Assembly (NCBI GenBank): GCA_035221665.1
Contig: CM069149.1
Span: 43,400,001-43,464,000 of the forward strand
DNA: 64,000 nt
Direction of reading: 5' to 3'
Source: Okamejei kenojei
Taxonomy: Eukaryota
Positions 37,450 to 51,600 of this stretch are shown here, piece by piece. Both the position numbers and the translations under genes were made by a program. Below the pieces are notes generated by a model. That model worked only from the letters and a program-made list of their open reading frames with translations, did not search any database and was not told where the DNA came from. How positions within the stretch are numbered: position 1 is the stretch's first letter; each line of letters begins with the position of its first letter.

Positions 37450-37925
37450 AATAGATCATATTCTGCTTGGGTAGTAGCTTGCAACCTAATGGCATGAACA
37501 TCACATTTTCCAATATTGGGTAACTAATCCACAAACACCCTCCCTTCCACCCCCCTCCTTGCCTGTGCCCCATGTGGATTTGCACCCATTTCTCTCCTTC
37601 CCCGTTCCCTTCCACCTGTATTCCTTCCTCTGGCTTCACAAATCACACTTCTTCTGTCCTTATCTCCCATTTTTTGTATTTTCGTCTCTTGGCCTTTGTC
37701 CAACCATATTCCTCTCAAACCACCCCCCCCCCCCCCCCAACTCACCTATCACGCCAGTTTTTGTCCTGCTCCAATCTCTCTTCCTGCAGTGACGAATAAA
37801 TTTGACTTTGTCTTTTCTTTCTCCCCCACCACAGTCAGTCTGAGGAACGATCCCAATCAGAAACATCACCTATCCATGTTCTCCAGAGGTACTGCCTGAT
37901 CCGTCGAGTTATTCCAGAACATTGT
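37450..37925 (+). mobile_element. Penelope-like 3' fragment ending in a degenerate hammerhead tail
   Basis: IFCLGS.LQPNGMNITFSN, a pyrimidine-rich tract, then cagtctgaggaacgatcccaatcagaaacatcacc. Confidence 0.7.
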
Positions 37926-40414
37926 TTCATTTTTATCAGAATAAATTTGATGGATGTGTTATGACATTTCAATGCTCGAAAAGGTGAGAAATTTGTATCT
38001 TATCACAAAGTTCCATGATTGATTGGCGTAGTAGACTTGATGGGCCAAATGGCCTAATTCTGCTCTTATCTCTTATGATCCTACGAAGCCTTCAAAATAT
38101 ATTTCTATATTTCTATATATTTCTATATTTTGGAGAATGCATTACAAGAACGTTACAATATGCATAGAAATGAACCAATTGACTGTGACCAACTCTTTCC
38201 TCATAACCAGGAACTGGGAGAATCGTTTACTATTTACTCAATTACTGTTACCAGACAGTAATTTCAGAGATTTTGAATACTAATTTACTAGAGGTAGTAT
38301 TATTTGTGGAATCTGGGAATCGAGCCCAAGGGATAGCAGCTGTGCAATAGAGAGTTAACTCTAATAAAGTGCAGTCAGAAATGCAAAGCTGCCAAACTAT
38401 CCAAAGCCAGGTTAAAAGTGCTGGATGGCCAACAGAAGGAAGTATGTGCAGTGAAGCACGAGACAAAAAAACAGAACAGGAAAAGTACAGCCAAGGTCAG
38501 TTAGATGTTGCAAGTTTTGTGGATGGCAATATAACTAACTGAAAAAACATCCTTCAAATGTGAATGAGAGCACATTGAGTAGATTGGAAAATTATTTCTT
38601 CAAATAGTGCACAAAAAAGACAGATTTTAAGTGTGTTTTATACATACAGAGGCAAGGTTAGAGTATCATTTGAACACAATTTATTAGGGGCCATACAAGG
38701 CTCACTCAGTGAAAGGTACACCCACTGAATGTCATTTATAAAAATGTTAGTTAAAGCGAAATAGTGACAATTCAATTTGACTGGGAATAACCGGTAATGC
38801 TCCTGTAAAGCGATCCAATAATTTTGGGCGATGCAATTAAACTCTGTGTGCTTTGTGCTATACAGTAGATGTGCCACAAGCCTGCTACTAACTAAGCCAA
38901 TTGGGAGATTTTCTTTAAAGGTGCTAAGCTCAAAGCTTGGGTGTGGCCAATTCAATATTTCTGTGTAGTATTTGGACATTTTTTCCAAAGTGGTCTAAGC
39001 TCAGAGTATGTTCATTGGTATGTTTAGGGCATATCTTACTCTGTCACCTGAGCAGTTTTGTAGCTATGACTATCACTTAATGTGAAAATTGTGCTTTCAG
39101 TACTAACATCAGAATTTTCATCTGAATAAAACGCCTGAAGATGGGTCTCACCTATCCATATTCTCCAGAGATGCTGCATCTGCAGTCCTTGTTTCTATAT
39201 CAATAATTACCTTTTGTTTCAAGACCAGTACTCAATCATATGACCACAATGAGATAGCAAAAGTATCTTATCCCTGTATTCTTGAAGTTACAATGATTGA
39301 GGTCATCAATTTCCGGCTCTGAGTGGTAATAGCTGCTAATGATCCCAAAAGATTTCTCGTGGTCATTATGCTTGATAATTTGATGCATCACTTACAAACC
39401 TCAATGTCCTTGTTATATTGTAGTGTACCAGAGATTTGCCATTCAGACCCGTTTCCAAAGATCATGTTTCTTGTTGTGCTTTGGTCCACTTCTATTTCCT
39501 AATCTTCTCTGAGTTACTGCAGTGATGTAAGTACTGTGGTAAGTAAGAATCTGTAAGATAAACAATCTGTGTGTGTAAAAGGTACTAGAATTGTTTACGT
39601 TTTACATTGTGGTGATGTAAATGCTCAAGAAACTCAAAAATATGTCGATTTTATTTTGCTTCAACTGTGATGCCTCAGTTACATAGTTGGTGGTCAAGAC
39701 CCTGGATGATCGTGGCCATTGTGAATTAAAAGATTTTCAGTAGGGATGTGATTCTGTATTTCAACTCAGTGTAGGAATGTAGGCCCTTTACAGTGAGATA
39801 CTGTTGATTCTTCTCATCCAATCTTGCTGTACATGTGTTCAACAAACCCAGTCTCATGAAAAATTTGATTCTTGCCAACTCTGCCATAAATCATCAAATG
39901 TTTGCACTGGGATTTGTTGACTGGGAATCACTGTGTTTGCTGCTTAATCCGACTGCCTTGTCAATCTTCAATTTAGTTTATTATTATTGTCACATGTACT
40001 GAGGTACAGTGAAAACATTTAGTTGTGTGCTATCCAGTCAAAGAAGACTATAGATGATTACAATCAACAGCATTCAGAGTTTTTGCTGTTCTTTAACATG
40101 ATTCAACTGAGTGTATTATCAGCCAAAAAAACATTTCCATTGCTTCCATGAATGACTTACATACTGCATTGAACACCCCAAGGCTGATAATGTTAACTGT
40201 CTGCACTTGAGCCATCATTTTGCCCAATTTTCTTGCCCCGAGTCTCCTGTACGCTTCACCTTTTCAATAGTTGGTGTGCTTCCATGTACATTTAAATGCA
40301 GCCTACTTGTCTTTTTATTATACTACTATTATTTGCTTTCCCCTTTTCTTTTATTGATTTGGTGGTGTCTGTGCAAATATACCAACTAACTTTATACCCA
40401 GACAACTAGAGGTG

Positions 40415-40780
40415 AAGTGAGACCTGATAGAAATATAAGAGGCATAGATAGGACAGAGTCAAAAAGCTATATCCCACGATGGAAATATCAAATACCAGAG
40501 GGCATAAGGCTTAAGGTGCGAGGGACAAAGTTTAAGGGAGATGTGTGGGGCAAGTTTCGTTTACACACAGGTGTTGCATGCCTAGAGTGCACTGCCAGGA
40601 GTGGCAGCAGAGACAGATATAATAGTGCTATTTAACAGACTATTGGATAGGCGCAAGGATATGCAGGGAATGGAGGGATATGGATTACGTGCAGCCAGAT
40701 AAGAGTTAGTGTCGACGTCATGTTCAGCACAGACATTGCGGGCCAGAGGACCTGTGACTCTGCTGTACTGTTCCATGAAA
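40415..40780 (+). mobile_element. CR1 3' fragment
   Basis: RGIDR...GHRLKVRGTKFKGDVWGK followed by 3'UTR. Confidence 0.75.
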
Positions 40781-41373
40781 CAATGCAAGCCTTTGGCTAA
40801 ACCAAACTCTGATTACTTATGGCACTATGAGAGAAATATATAAAATTCCTTGGAAGTACATGAAACAGAATGACTGGTAAGGAACTTTGCAGCTGGCTGG
40901 CCTGGGATTGATGAGCGGCTGTATAGTCCAGTGAACAAGGGATACTGACTTGGTTAGGACTATCTGACCCAAAGGGTTGGAATGAGCAAAACCTACAACC
41001 CCAATGGATAAGAGACAGGTGTCAGAGGCAGCACATGAGATATGCTGGTTGGTATGACTAAATACTGGGGTACAGACATTGGAGGGATAGTCACAGAGAC
41101 TGCAGATCTATTGAGGATATTACAGACTGCAGATCTATTGAGGATATTACATCAGGTCATTTCACAAGACTTGGTGACTGTTTTAAAAAATGCAATTGTT
41201 GTCACCAATACAGAACAACATTCAAACTTGGTGTCAAGTTTAAACCAGCGAAAAAACACAACTTCTCTGCTTTTGCAACATTGTCAAGAGGTTTGCAAGA
41301 CTCAAACCAAGCATACAGCTTGGACACCAGTTACCCGAATTCTACTCTATGCTTCAGAGATTTGAACTATCTA

Positions 41374-43018
41374 CAGTACCCTCCTTAATGTTTGGGACAA
41401 AGACCCATCATTTATTTATTTGCCTCTGTACTCCACGATTTAAGATTTGGAATAGTAAAAAAATCACATGTGGTTACAGTGCACATTGTCAGATTTTAAT
41501 AAAGGCAATGTTTTTCCATTTTGGTTTCACCATGTAGAAATTACAGCAGTGTTTATACATAATTCCCCCATTTCAGGGCACCATAACGTTTGGGACACAG
41601 CAATGTCATGTAAATTAAAATTGTGGTGTTTAGTATTTTGTTGCATATCCTTTGCATGCAATGACTGCTTGAAGCCTGCGATTCATGGACATCACCAGTT
41701 GCTGGGTGCCTTCTCTGGTGATGCGCTGCCAGGCCTGTATAGCAGCCATCTTTAGCTTATGTATGTTTTGGGGGCTAGTCCCCTTCAGTTTTCATCTTCA
41801 GCATATAAAAAGGCATGCGCAATTGTGTTCAGATCAGGTGATTGACTTGGCCACTCAAGAAATGACCATTTTTTAGCTTTGAAAAACTTATTTGTTGCTT
41901 TAACATTATATTTGGGATTATTGTTTTGCTGTAGAATGAACCGCCTGCCAATGAGGTTTGAGGCATTTGTTTGAACTTGAGCAGATAGGATGTGTCTATA
42001 CACTTCAGAATTCATTATGCTACTACCATCAGCAGTTGAATCATCAATGCAGATAAGTGAGCCAGTACCTTCAGCAGCCATACATGCCCAGGCCATAATA
42101 CCCCCACCAACGTGTTTCACAGATGAGGTGGTACGCTTTGGATCTTGGGCAGTTCCTTCTCCCCTTCATTCTTTGCTCTTGCCATCATTCTGATATGTTA
42201 ATCTGCGTCTCATCTGCCCACAAGACCTTTTTCCAGAACTGTGGTTGCTCTTTTAAGTACTTCTTGGCAAACTGTAACCTGGCTATCATATTTTTGTAGC
42301 TAACCAGTGGTTTGCATCTTGCAGTGTAGCTTCTGTATTTCTGTTCATGACGTCTTCTGCAGACCGTGGTCATTGACAAATCCACACCTGAATAGTGTTT
42401 CTGATCTGCCAGACAGGTGTTTGGGTTTCTTTCTTTATTATGGAGAGAATTTTTCTGTCATCAGCTGTGGAGGTCTTCCTTGGCCTGCCAGTCCCTTTGC
42501 AATTTGTAAGTTCACCAGTTATTTTTTTCTTCTTAATGATGTTCCAAACAGTTGATTTTGGTAAGCCTAAGGTGTGGCTGATGTCTCTAACAGTTTTACT
42601 CTTATTTCTCAGTCTCATAATGACTTATTTGACTTTCGTTGGCACAACTTTGGTCCTCATGTTGATAGACAGCAATAAAAGTTTCCAAAGGTGATGGAAA
42701 GACTGGAGGAGAGACTAGGTTCTGAGAGCTCTCTTATACCTGCATTAAGGAGGCAATTATTACACATCTGAGCAAATACAAACACCTGTGAAGCCATGTG
42801 TCCCAAACATTATGGTGCCCTGAAATGGGTGGACGATGTATAAACACAACTGTAATTTCTACATGGTGAAACCAAAATGTAGAAAAATGGCCTTTATTAA
42901 AATCTGACAATGTGCACTTTAACCACGTGATTTTTTATTTTACAAATCTCAAATTGTGGAATACAGAGGCAAATAAATAAATGATGGGTCTTTGTCCCAA
43001 ACATTATGGGGGGAACTG
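41374..43018 (-). mobile_element. Full-length Tc1-family transposon of IR/DR type (1645 bp)
   Basis: TA TSD at 41372-41373 and 43019-43020; TIRs of about 225 bp starting CAGT, each with two GTTTGGGACA direct repeats. Confidence 0.95.
41630..42660 (-). pseudogene. Tc1 DD34E transposase (inactivated)
   Basis: HTH VRDISHTLGLPKSTVWNIIKK, GRPRKT, KVLWADETQIN, KHVGGGIMAW, ILQQNNNPKY (DND lost), WPSQSPDLNTIAH (E lost); stops and frameshifts. Confidence 0.93.
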
Positions 43019-44938
43019 TATAGCAGTCACCGGAGGTACCGACACCACCACTTTAAAATCATCCAAACTGATTTGCGGAGAAGTGAACCAAAATTCAGAA
43101 TTCTCTCCCAAGCTAACAGGCTCACATCAGAGCTCTCAATAACCTGGGAGGCCACAACAACTATGTGCCTTTCAATACAACCTTTCCCACCCAAAAGATC
43201 ATTCAGGCAAGCCATACTAAGAAAGACAAAAAATGTGAAAGAAAATAAATTAAAAAAGAACATTCCATGCAACATTACTATCAAAGCCCCATTTTAAAAA
43301 AAGTTGCAATATCCAAACCAATTAATTGGAGTCCGTGAACACTTGTAGGAGCATTCAGAAAAAAACACCAAGCAGCTATTCAGAAGGAGTCTTCAATGGA
43401 GTAATGGAGGGTAAGCAGAAATGGCTGAAGAAGCTTTTTAGTCTCACACAACCTTATCCCATCAGGCACCTCATGCCCCACCAGTGGAAGAGTCCATTGG
43501 TACCACATTACCCACATCAGAACCCACCCAATCGTAGTGAAACAAATCCCCCTTGACTCCAAGGAAATGTCTTATTATTGTACTGACATGCTAGAAACAA
43601 GAATGGGCAATCCCACTGAATGTATTGGTTGAAGATTGAAATATTTTATGCTTCCAGTCCTGCAATGATTAGTTTTTGTATTACGCTGCTCTCCTAATGA
43701 TATACGTTTAAGGATTCTGACTTATTACATGTACCAATAATGAAAGTCTCACACTGAAAATATCAACATGAACCAAGTTAAATATCCCAACACATTAAAT
43801 GTAACAGCTAAATCATACTGTGCCAAGAACAATCAACCACACCCAAACATTAACACCACAGACTTGCAGGATAGAAACATCAACAAATTATGCCTTATGA
43901 CTTTGCAATTAATTAACTATCCAAGAAAACTCTCTCTGCTATGCTTGGAGACCAAACACCAATGATAAATATGCAGGGTTAATTCTGGGTCTTGTTTAAT
44001 CATTGACAAAGACTTTATTTAGAGTCAAAAGCTGGTTGCAGTTTGCTGAACTGAGCAAACAAAAATTCAAACACAACTTGGGTGATCAGGCTTAGTAGAA
44101 ACATTATCAAGATTCACAGTTCACTTATGAATATACAGTACATGTCAACCTAGAAAACAAGCAATAGCTGACAACTCAATGGTGATCCTGACCATAAGCC
44201 TCCAAAAGGAAAAAAGTAGTCACAGGAGCTTTATAGTTTCAACTGTGAAATGCACACTATTCCTCATTTAAATTGGATAAATAAATATAAGTATTTGGAA
44301 GACAGGTGAAGAAATATCAATGTTGGAGATATAATATTTATTTTTGTTGGGTCCAGATGATGCAAGTGAAGGATCAAGTTAAATTAATCTGGATGGAAAG
44401 TATTAGGACTCCTTTCTTCATATGCCAAAAGCCAGAATTCAGTGGTTATAGTCATAATTTCAATATATTGGCCCCTGCTGAGAATGGAATGGTTCCAAGT
44501 AGCAACACAATTCAGGTAGAATAGTGTTGGTGGGAGAGTGTCCTGGGACACATAATCTGCTCGATGCCAAAACATTGAGTCATTATAAATGGTTTACGAT
44601 GATTGGCTGCCACTTGTAAATCACTTATAAATGTTCGGGGGTCAGAGGATCTGTAGAGGCACACCTTATTTGTTCTAGAATTTAATACGCCTACTTGATG
44701 ACCACTATTAACTGTATATTAAAAACTCAGTTTTGTGCTTCTGCGCTGTAACTCGAGTGGTCTCAATTTAGAATGACATACATTGAAGGGTGTATAATAC
44801 AAAGCACTATTGCCTTGGAGTTATATTTAATCTGTGTTTTAATATATTGTTCCCCTTCTTTTCATAGAAGTTTAACAATTTTAGGCACTTGACAAATTAT
44901 AGGCCAATAAATGAATGGTAGCAGGGATTGAATTAATA

Positions 44939-45173
44939 CGTCTTAAAGAAGGAACTGCAGATGCTGGAGAATCGAGGGAACACAAAAGGCTGGAGAAACT
45001 CAGCGGGTGCAGCAGCATCTAAGGAGCGAAGGAGATAGGCGACGTTTCGGGTCGATACCCTTCTTCAGACTGGTCAGGGATCAGGGAAACGAGAGATATA
45101 GACGGTGATGTGGAGAGATAAAGAACAATGAATGCTGCTGCACCCGCTGAGTTTCTCCAGCCTTTTGTGTACC
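44939..45173 (-). mobile_element. Young Penelope-tail element with partial inverted duplication and 12-bp TSD
   Basis: TSD attgaattaata at 44927-44938 and 45174-45185. Confidence 0.8.
45041..45068 (-). ncRNA. Minimal type I hammerhead ribozyme motif
   Basis: Minus strand CUGAAGA-A-GGGU(AUCG)ACCC-GAAAC-GUC with an intact core. Confidence 0.7.
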
Positions 45174-45236
45174 ATTGAATTAATATGGTCAAGTTCTCTG
45201 AAGAAGTAATGGAGAGTTGATTTGGGTAGTAAAAGT

Positions 45237-45420
45237 GAACTGCAGATGCTGGTTTATACCAAAGATAGATACAAAATGGTGGAGCAACTCAGCGGGTCAG
45301 GCAGCATCATGGATAGGTGACATTTCAGGTTGTGTCTGAAGAAGAGTCCCTACTGAAATGTCACCTATCCATGTTCTCCAGAGATGCTGCCGGACTCGCT
45401 GAGCTTTATGTCTATCTTTG
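45237..45420. mobile_element. Fold-back Penelope-tail element
   Basis: Inverted arms (ctcagcgggtcaggcagcatc / gatgctgccggactcgctgag) around a degenerate ctgaagaagagt...gaaatgtc core. Confidence 0.7.
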
Positions 45421-45539
45421 ATTAGTGTAGTTCATCCAGTCTGAATCTTCCAAAGGAATTTTATAAGTAGCACAATATAGTTTTGGCAGCAACATTAATG
45501 CATGAAAAATAAGAAAAAATTACAACAAGTGAACAGAAG

Positions 45540-46260
45540 ATTGATTAAGGTACCAACATTAATGATAACATTTTCTCATATTGATGGAAGATTTCAAAGG
45601 ATGTCCTCCAGGAGTTAGTAATGGGACCACGATTGTTTTTGAGGTGTAATGATGAACTGGTCTTTGATAAACAGTGCTAAATTTACAGATGAAAATTGCA
45701 AAAATGTTATTAACGATGAGGAAAACAGCATAAGTGCGATAAGGATAGCAACAAACTGCAAAATGGACAAGTTCATGGCAGATGGACATACTTGCAGGAA
45801 AATGAGAGGTGATACTTTTTGGTAGGAAGAATGAATACAAATCAAATGAACTGTTCAAATTATGGGCACAAAAGATTTGTAATGGTACCATGGATTTAAC
45901 TAAACAGTGAGAATAGAGAGGCTAAGATTGTTTTCCATAGGACAGAGAATATAAAGTGAAGATTTTGTATGTGTTTAAAAATCATGGACATTTTTAATTA
46001 GACACATAAAGATAAACAGTTTCCTGCAGCAGAAAGGCAAGTTGTTGTGATAAATTAAAAATCAGAAGCCGTATGATGACTCTTGTTTACACTGAGTAGT
46101 GGTGATCTGCAATGCTGGGTTTGAAAGGATGGTGAAGGCTTTCAAAGGAAATTGTGTAAATACTTGAATGGAAAAGTGTACGGGTTATATAGGGCCAAAA
46201 AAAAAAAGAGACCCTGTGCAGCAGTACCACAAATAATAATGGGATAAAAAGGTCCCTTTC
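45540..46260 (+). mobile_element. Highly degraded CR1 RT/3' fragment
   Basis: ggatgtcctccaggagttagtaatgggacc (GVPQGSVLGP-like); aaatttacagatga (KFADD-like). Confidence 0.55.
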
Positions 46261-47374
46261 TGCAATGCATGATTTCAAGGATAGAACATAAAATCACACA
46301 AATTGTGGGTGTTGATTAAAATTTTTTCATAATAATCATACACACATTAAGGGAGAAACTAAAAGTACTCAGTATATTGCTAAAGTAGATCCACTTGGAC
46401 AAATGTATATGTGAAATAGATTCACACACACATATACATACAGATGTTATTTCAACTTAAATGTTAAAAATTTAAAAATTGCAACTAAAATCTCCAAGTG
46501 ACCACTTCTAAATCAGAATTGTCAGCTTTGAAAGCAAATCTCTGTCCACTTCATTGTTCAGAACTGCCATAGTAAATGTGTTTTGACTTAAATAAATCAA
46601 TTGGGACATTGCAGGTTAAATATTATGGAGCACTGAGTCCCACGAGCCATACTATACGTAAACAGCAAGCTGGGCTGTAAATCAACTTAAATACATAATC
46701 AGGCCAAATTTATGCACCTGACAAGCAGTTCATTAAACACCAAGGATATCCATGATAGCTGCAAAGGCACAAGCATAGATGTTATCATTTAATGTACCGG
46801 CACTAATAAAAGTGGTAATTAGCACGTTAATAACAAAATGGCACTTCAATCAGTTGCAGTAATTTTGGGTGCCTATGACTCTTCATCTTCATCAATGTGA
46901 TTTAAATGAAGATACTTTATAGTATTGCAGAAAAAGGGTATATTCTCTTAACTGTGCTCGTATTCAAAGACCTTGAAATAAAAAGTATCAGAAGAGCTTG
47001 ATAATATGCACAATACTTTGTCACAACTGAGAGTGTAATATCAAATTACAATTAGTTGACAGCACACAATTAGCACTGAGAATTTCACACCAAGCCTTTT
47101 TACTTATTTTGTAATGATCAAAATGACTTTAAAACAATAAAATTATGAGGTGATAAACAAAGTGCAGATGTTGAACATTTCTTGGTTCAATATTCCTTAC
47201 AACCATTGCACTATTAAACACTACAACCACCAAATAAGTTCCGAACTACATAGACTTGGGGACATTATTTTTATATATACACAGAGTACAATGTTAACAT
47301 AATCTGTTGTGCTGCTACATGTACATTATTCCATTTCGGGACATATGACAATAAAACACTCTTGACTATTGAGT

Positions 47375-47470
47375 AGGTAAACTCCACACAGATAGCACCC
47401 GAGGCCAGGATCAAACTAGGGTCTCTGGTGCTGCGAGACAGCAGCTCTACCAGCTGCGTCACAGTGCCAC
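47375..47470 (-). mobile_element. tRNA-derived SINE head (V-SINE/HE1-like)
   Basis: Minus strand gtggcactgtgacgcagctggtagagctgctg (A box) and cctagtttgatcc (B box), then ggtgctatctgtgtggagttt. Confidence 0.75.
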
Positions 47471-47631
47471 TCATATTGTATGTGCAACACAATGTATTTC
47501 CTTCTCCATTATAGTCTAATAAAAAGTGTGGCAGAAAGGTTTTTCATTTGTGGATGATTTGCACTGCTGTGGAAACAAGGAAGTGGGGTTCTGACCCAAA
47601 ACGTCACTATCCATGTTTTCCAGGGATGCGG

Positions 47632-50035
47632 AGAGTGACCTTATATAAGTATATAAAATCATGAAGGACATGGATGACATGAACGGTCATTTCTTTTCAG
47701 GGTAAGGGAGTCTAAAGCCTACAGAGGACATAGATTTAAGGTGAGACGCCAAAGATTTAAAGTTCCCAAGGGGCAAGCTTTTACACAGAGAGGATGGTAG
47801 GTATGTGGATCAAGCTGATGGAGGAAGTGCTAGACATTGTTGCAATTACAACATTTAAGAGACATTTGGACAGGTGCATGGATAGGAAGGGTTTAGCAGG
47901 ATCTGGGCCAAACATAGGCAGATGGGATTAGCTCTGGTAGGCAACTTGGTCGGCATGAATGAGTCGGTGATGTATAACACAGTGACTTTATATGTGGAAA
48001 GCGAAAATATAATGGAGAACAAATTGAGGGCGGGGCATTAAATAAATTATTTTAATCTGTTAGAAGAGAAACAAACAGCTTAATAATAGCCAAGAATCAA
48101 AAGACAGCAAGGGAGTTAAAATAGTTAACATCAAAGAGAAAATGCTTAAAAGAAAAGGGGATCAATATCCAATAAAATAACTCAAAGTGGATTTTAAAGA
48201 AGTGGCACCAGAGAAAGTGAACGTTTTAAATGTGATCTTCCAAAATGTCCTAGATTCTCCCAGTTCCTGGGACTGGATGGTAGCAAGTGTCACACTATTA
48301 TTCAAGAAAAGGAGGATCATGAATACAGGGAATTATAAAACACAAATATCACGTGAGAATAAATAGACTTTTTCTACGTTGGAACCCAGGAGAAATCAGA
48401 AATCTCTCAATTCTTTACTATTTAAGTGAATCACCATGTTGAAAATAGAATGAAATGTACGCAGATATCCTGATGATCCAATGTGATCTGTGCCTAGATG
48501 CAAGTTATTTGTGAAAGGTTAATAGGAATATTAAGTAAGTGAATATAAAGTTGGCATAATGTAAAATATATGAAATTATTCAGTTTTGCTAAAAGGGAAC
48601 TCTTAAACAGTGAATAACAAGTGAAAAGTTATATTCAGGGTGGGATCTTATACATAGGAAGAAGAGGTTAACAAGCAAGTTAAATAAACAACTAGGTAAA
48701 CAAATTTTAAGTTGGCTTTCATGCGAAGGTTTGTGGATGAAAAATAAAGATTATTTAGTGGTTTGTGTAACCACACCTGGAAAACTGTGCAGGTTTCTTT
48801 CCGCCTTCTAAAGAAATATATACTGACTGAAATTCTAGCACAGAATCACTAGATTGATTCCTGGAATGAGGGAGTCGTGGTACAAGGAGAAAACAAGCAT
48901 TATTCTATAATATTCAAAGAAGAGACTGATGGATGAAGAGAAACGGGGATGTGGGGTCAGACAGGAAAGGGGACTTGTAGGACAGGATCAGCAGTAATAA
49001 TTTTGAATGACAGAATAGGGTCAAGGGGTAATATATAGGCATAGAATTATACAGGTAGAACAGGTACTCAGACCCTTCGGCCTAAAGAAAACACACAAAC
49101 GACCAAGCACACATTTATACTGGTCCAGCACTATTCATATTTTATTCTCCACATATTCCCATAAATCTCCCTTGACGCTACCATTTACCTACACACTAGG
49201 AACAACTTACAGTGACCAATTAACCTACCAACTCATACATCTTTCATGAGAGAGGAAAAGGGAACATCAATTTAAAACCCACATAGTCTCAGGCCTGTTG
49301 AAAAATGGCAGATGGCCTTTAATTCAGGAAAATGTGAGTAAAGCATTTTTGGAACAATAATGAGGCAAGGACATACGCCACAAATAAAAGGATCTCAGGG
49401 ATGAATGAGGAAAAATAAAATAATGGAGAAAAAAATCCCTAACTCTGTGAAGGTGGCTACACAGGTAGATAACATGATTAAGACAACATATTGGCTTTCA
49501 TTTGTCAAGGCAGTGAATCCAGAAATGGGGAAGTTATGCTCTAACGTTATAGAACTTTGCTGAGACCATAGGATTAGATGTGATAATGCTGGGAAGATTC
49601 ACCAGGATGTTGTGTGGAATGGAACAGTACAGTTATAAGGAGATAATACATAAGCTAGGTCTGTTCTGCCTGGAGTGCAGGAGTTAAGAGATACATGATT
49701 GAGGTATATAAAATTATGAGGAGTATGGATAGAGTAAACTGTAGAAACCTTTCCCCTCCATATTAGAGATAGATAAAATTGCTGGACATAGATTTTAGGT
49801 AAAATGAATGAGATTTAGAGCAGGCGTGAGGAAGGCCATCTTCACCCAGAGGGTGGCAAGTGGCTGAAATGCCTTGCCTGAGAGAGTGGTTAAAACCGAG
49901 TCATTCAGAGCATTGTAATCACTTAGGCATTGAAGGTTATGGACCAAGTGCTGAGGGATGGACAATACAGAAGGGTGGCGACAAGTCGGTATGGATGAGT
50001 TGGGCTGAATAGCCTGTTTCCTGCTGTATGATTCC
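47632..50035 (+). mobile_element. Cluster of degraded CR1 fragments with an antisense SINE body at about 49150-49290
   Basis: Repeated RGDLIEVYKIM / HRFKVRG / FTQRV words; SINE body ccatttacctacacactagg...ccaattaacctacca. Confidence 0.65.
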
Positions 50036-51324
50036 ATTACTTTAATAACTACAATAAAACAGCTAACCAAGGTAGCAAACCAATTGCTTGAAATTGGCAA
50101 ATTGCCCAAAAAAACAGCAGAAAGGGAAATTGAACCGAGAAGGACAGAAAATGTAAATCGTCACTTCACAGAGGTCGAAATATGGACCAGCAATAACAAG
50201 AAGACTGGCAATTTTGCAGTCCATAACAAATCGACACATTAAACTGATATAGAAATTTGAGCCATAACAAGCAACTGGTTGCAGAGACTGTTTAATTCTT
50301 CCACAAGCTCTGAATGTTTATGTCGGATCTGGAGAAAAGTATGCACTGTTGCAAATCTTAAGCTGAGTAAGGACACCTTGGATCCAAACAACTTTTTGCA
50401 AATTTCCTTGCTTTTCCACCTCCATAAACTTTGAGCTTGTTATCTTGCATTAGCTCTGTAACAGCAATTTATTAGCAATCAAGCTGGTATCCCGGTAGAC
50501 CAGATGTCAATGCTTACTCAATATACTGAATATATATTGAATCACTTCTATCAACGTTTCAGCAACATTTGATGCTGTCAATTATGGCTTAGCCTGCTGT
50601 TAAATGCTAATTTACATCACATTTAACAAAGCATGGTCAAGAAAGCACTTTCGGATTTTCTAAACATGGATGTGAAAGGTGATGCATAAATCTTTGGCTT
50701 TATAACATTTGCATTGAGAATAATTAATAAACAACTTCAGTTCTCTTCTTATCAGTTCACCAATTTCTGAACAATATTCTGGATAAGATACAAAGGAGCT
50801 CACTACACCAGAAGTTGCTGTAGAATTTCTTCCATTATAATGGCAAACTTTATAGTCTCGTGCAACTTCAGACCAATGTTTCAGGGTCAAAGTTAAAGCT
50901 AAAACCATGAATAACAATATTATTACCTCTGAAACTAACACCAATTGCGCTGCTTATTTAACTGCCATATATTTGCCTTCATTTTCGGCTTACAGCATGA
51001 ATTTTGAGGTGTAAGTCTTTGTGTGCATGCTAAATTTCTCACCAGTTACTTGAAACTGATATGGTGTGCAATGATGTGTAATTTCTTTTGATGATTACTT
51101 TTATGAATATTCCAAATAAGGCTTCACTTAACATCCAGGACAGCTTTCCTCTTTCTTGCAATTGGCTCTTTGTAAGCCAAATTAATGTCACTGAATACAT
51201 GTTTTAAAAATCCTTTCTAGACTAAAAATAAAATTTTCCGGCCCCCTTGGTTCCAGAGACTTGTCGAGTTTATCATTTTGCCGGAACAACAGATGACACA
51301 TAATAGTAATTCAATAATACACCT

Positions 51325-51600
51325 CTGGCCCACTAATTATCAGACAATTGAACCATCCTATCACCTACCAGAGAGCAGTCCTGAGCTATGATCTACCTCA
51401 TTGGAGATTCTTTGGACTATCTTTAATCAGACTTTTACTGGTCTTTATCTTGAACTAAATGTTATTCCCTTTTATCCTGTATCTGTACACTGTGGATGGC
51501 TTGATTGTAATCATGTATAGTCTTTCTGCTGACTGGATAACATGCAGCAATAAAACTTTTCACTGTACCTCAGTACATGTGACAATAAACTAGATTAAAA
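51325..51600 (+). mobile_element. Rex1-type 3' tail
   Basis: ttatcagacaattgaac ... cttttcactgtacctcagtacatgtgacaataaac. Confidence 0.65.

Noticed and set aside
41097-41151. Exact 27-bp tandem duplication (similar ones near 16190 and 20812)
   Set aside because: Ordinary local slippage duplications.
47300-47320. miR-15/16-like seed TAGCAGCACA on the minus strand
   Set aside because: It lies in a retroelement tail, there is no precursor hairpin, and the 3' part does not match.
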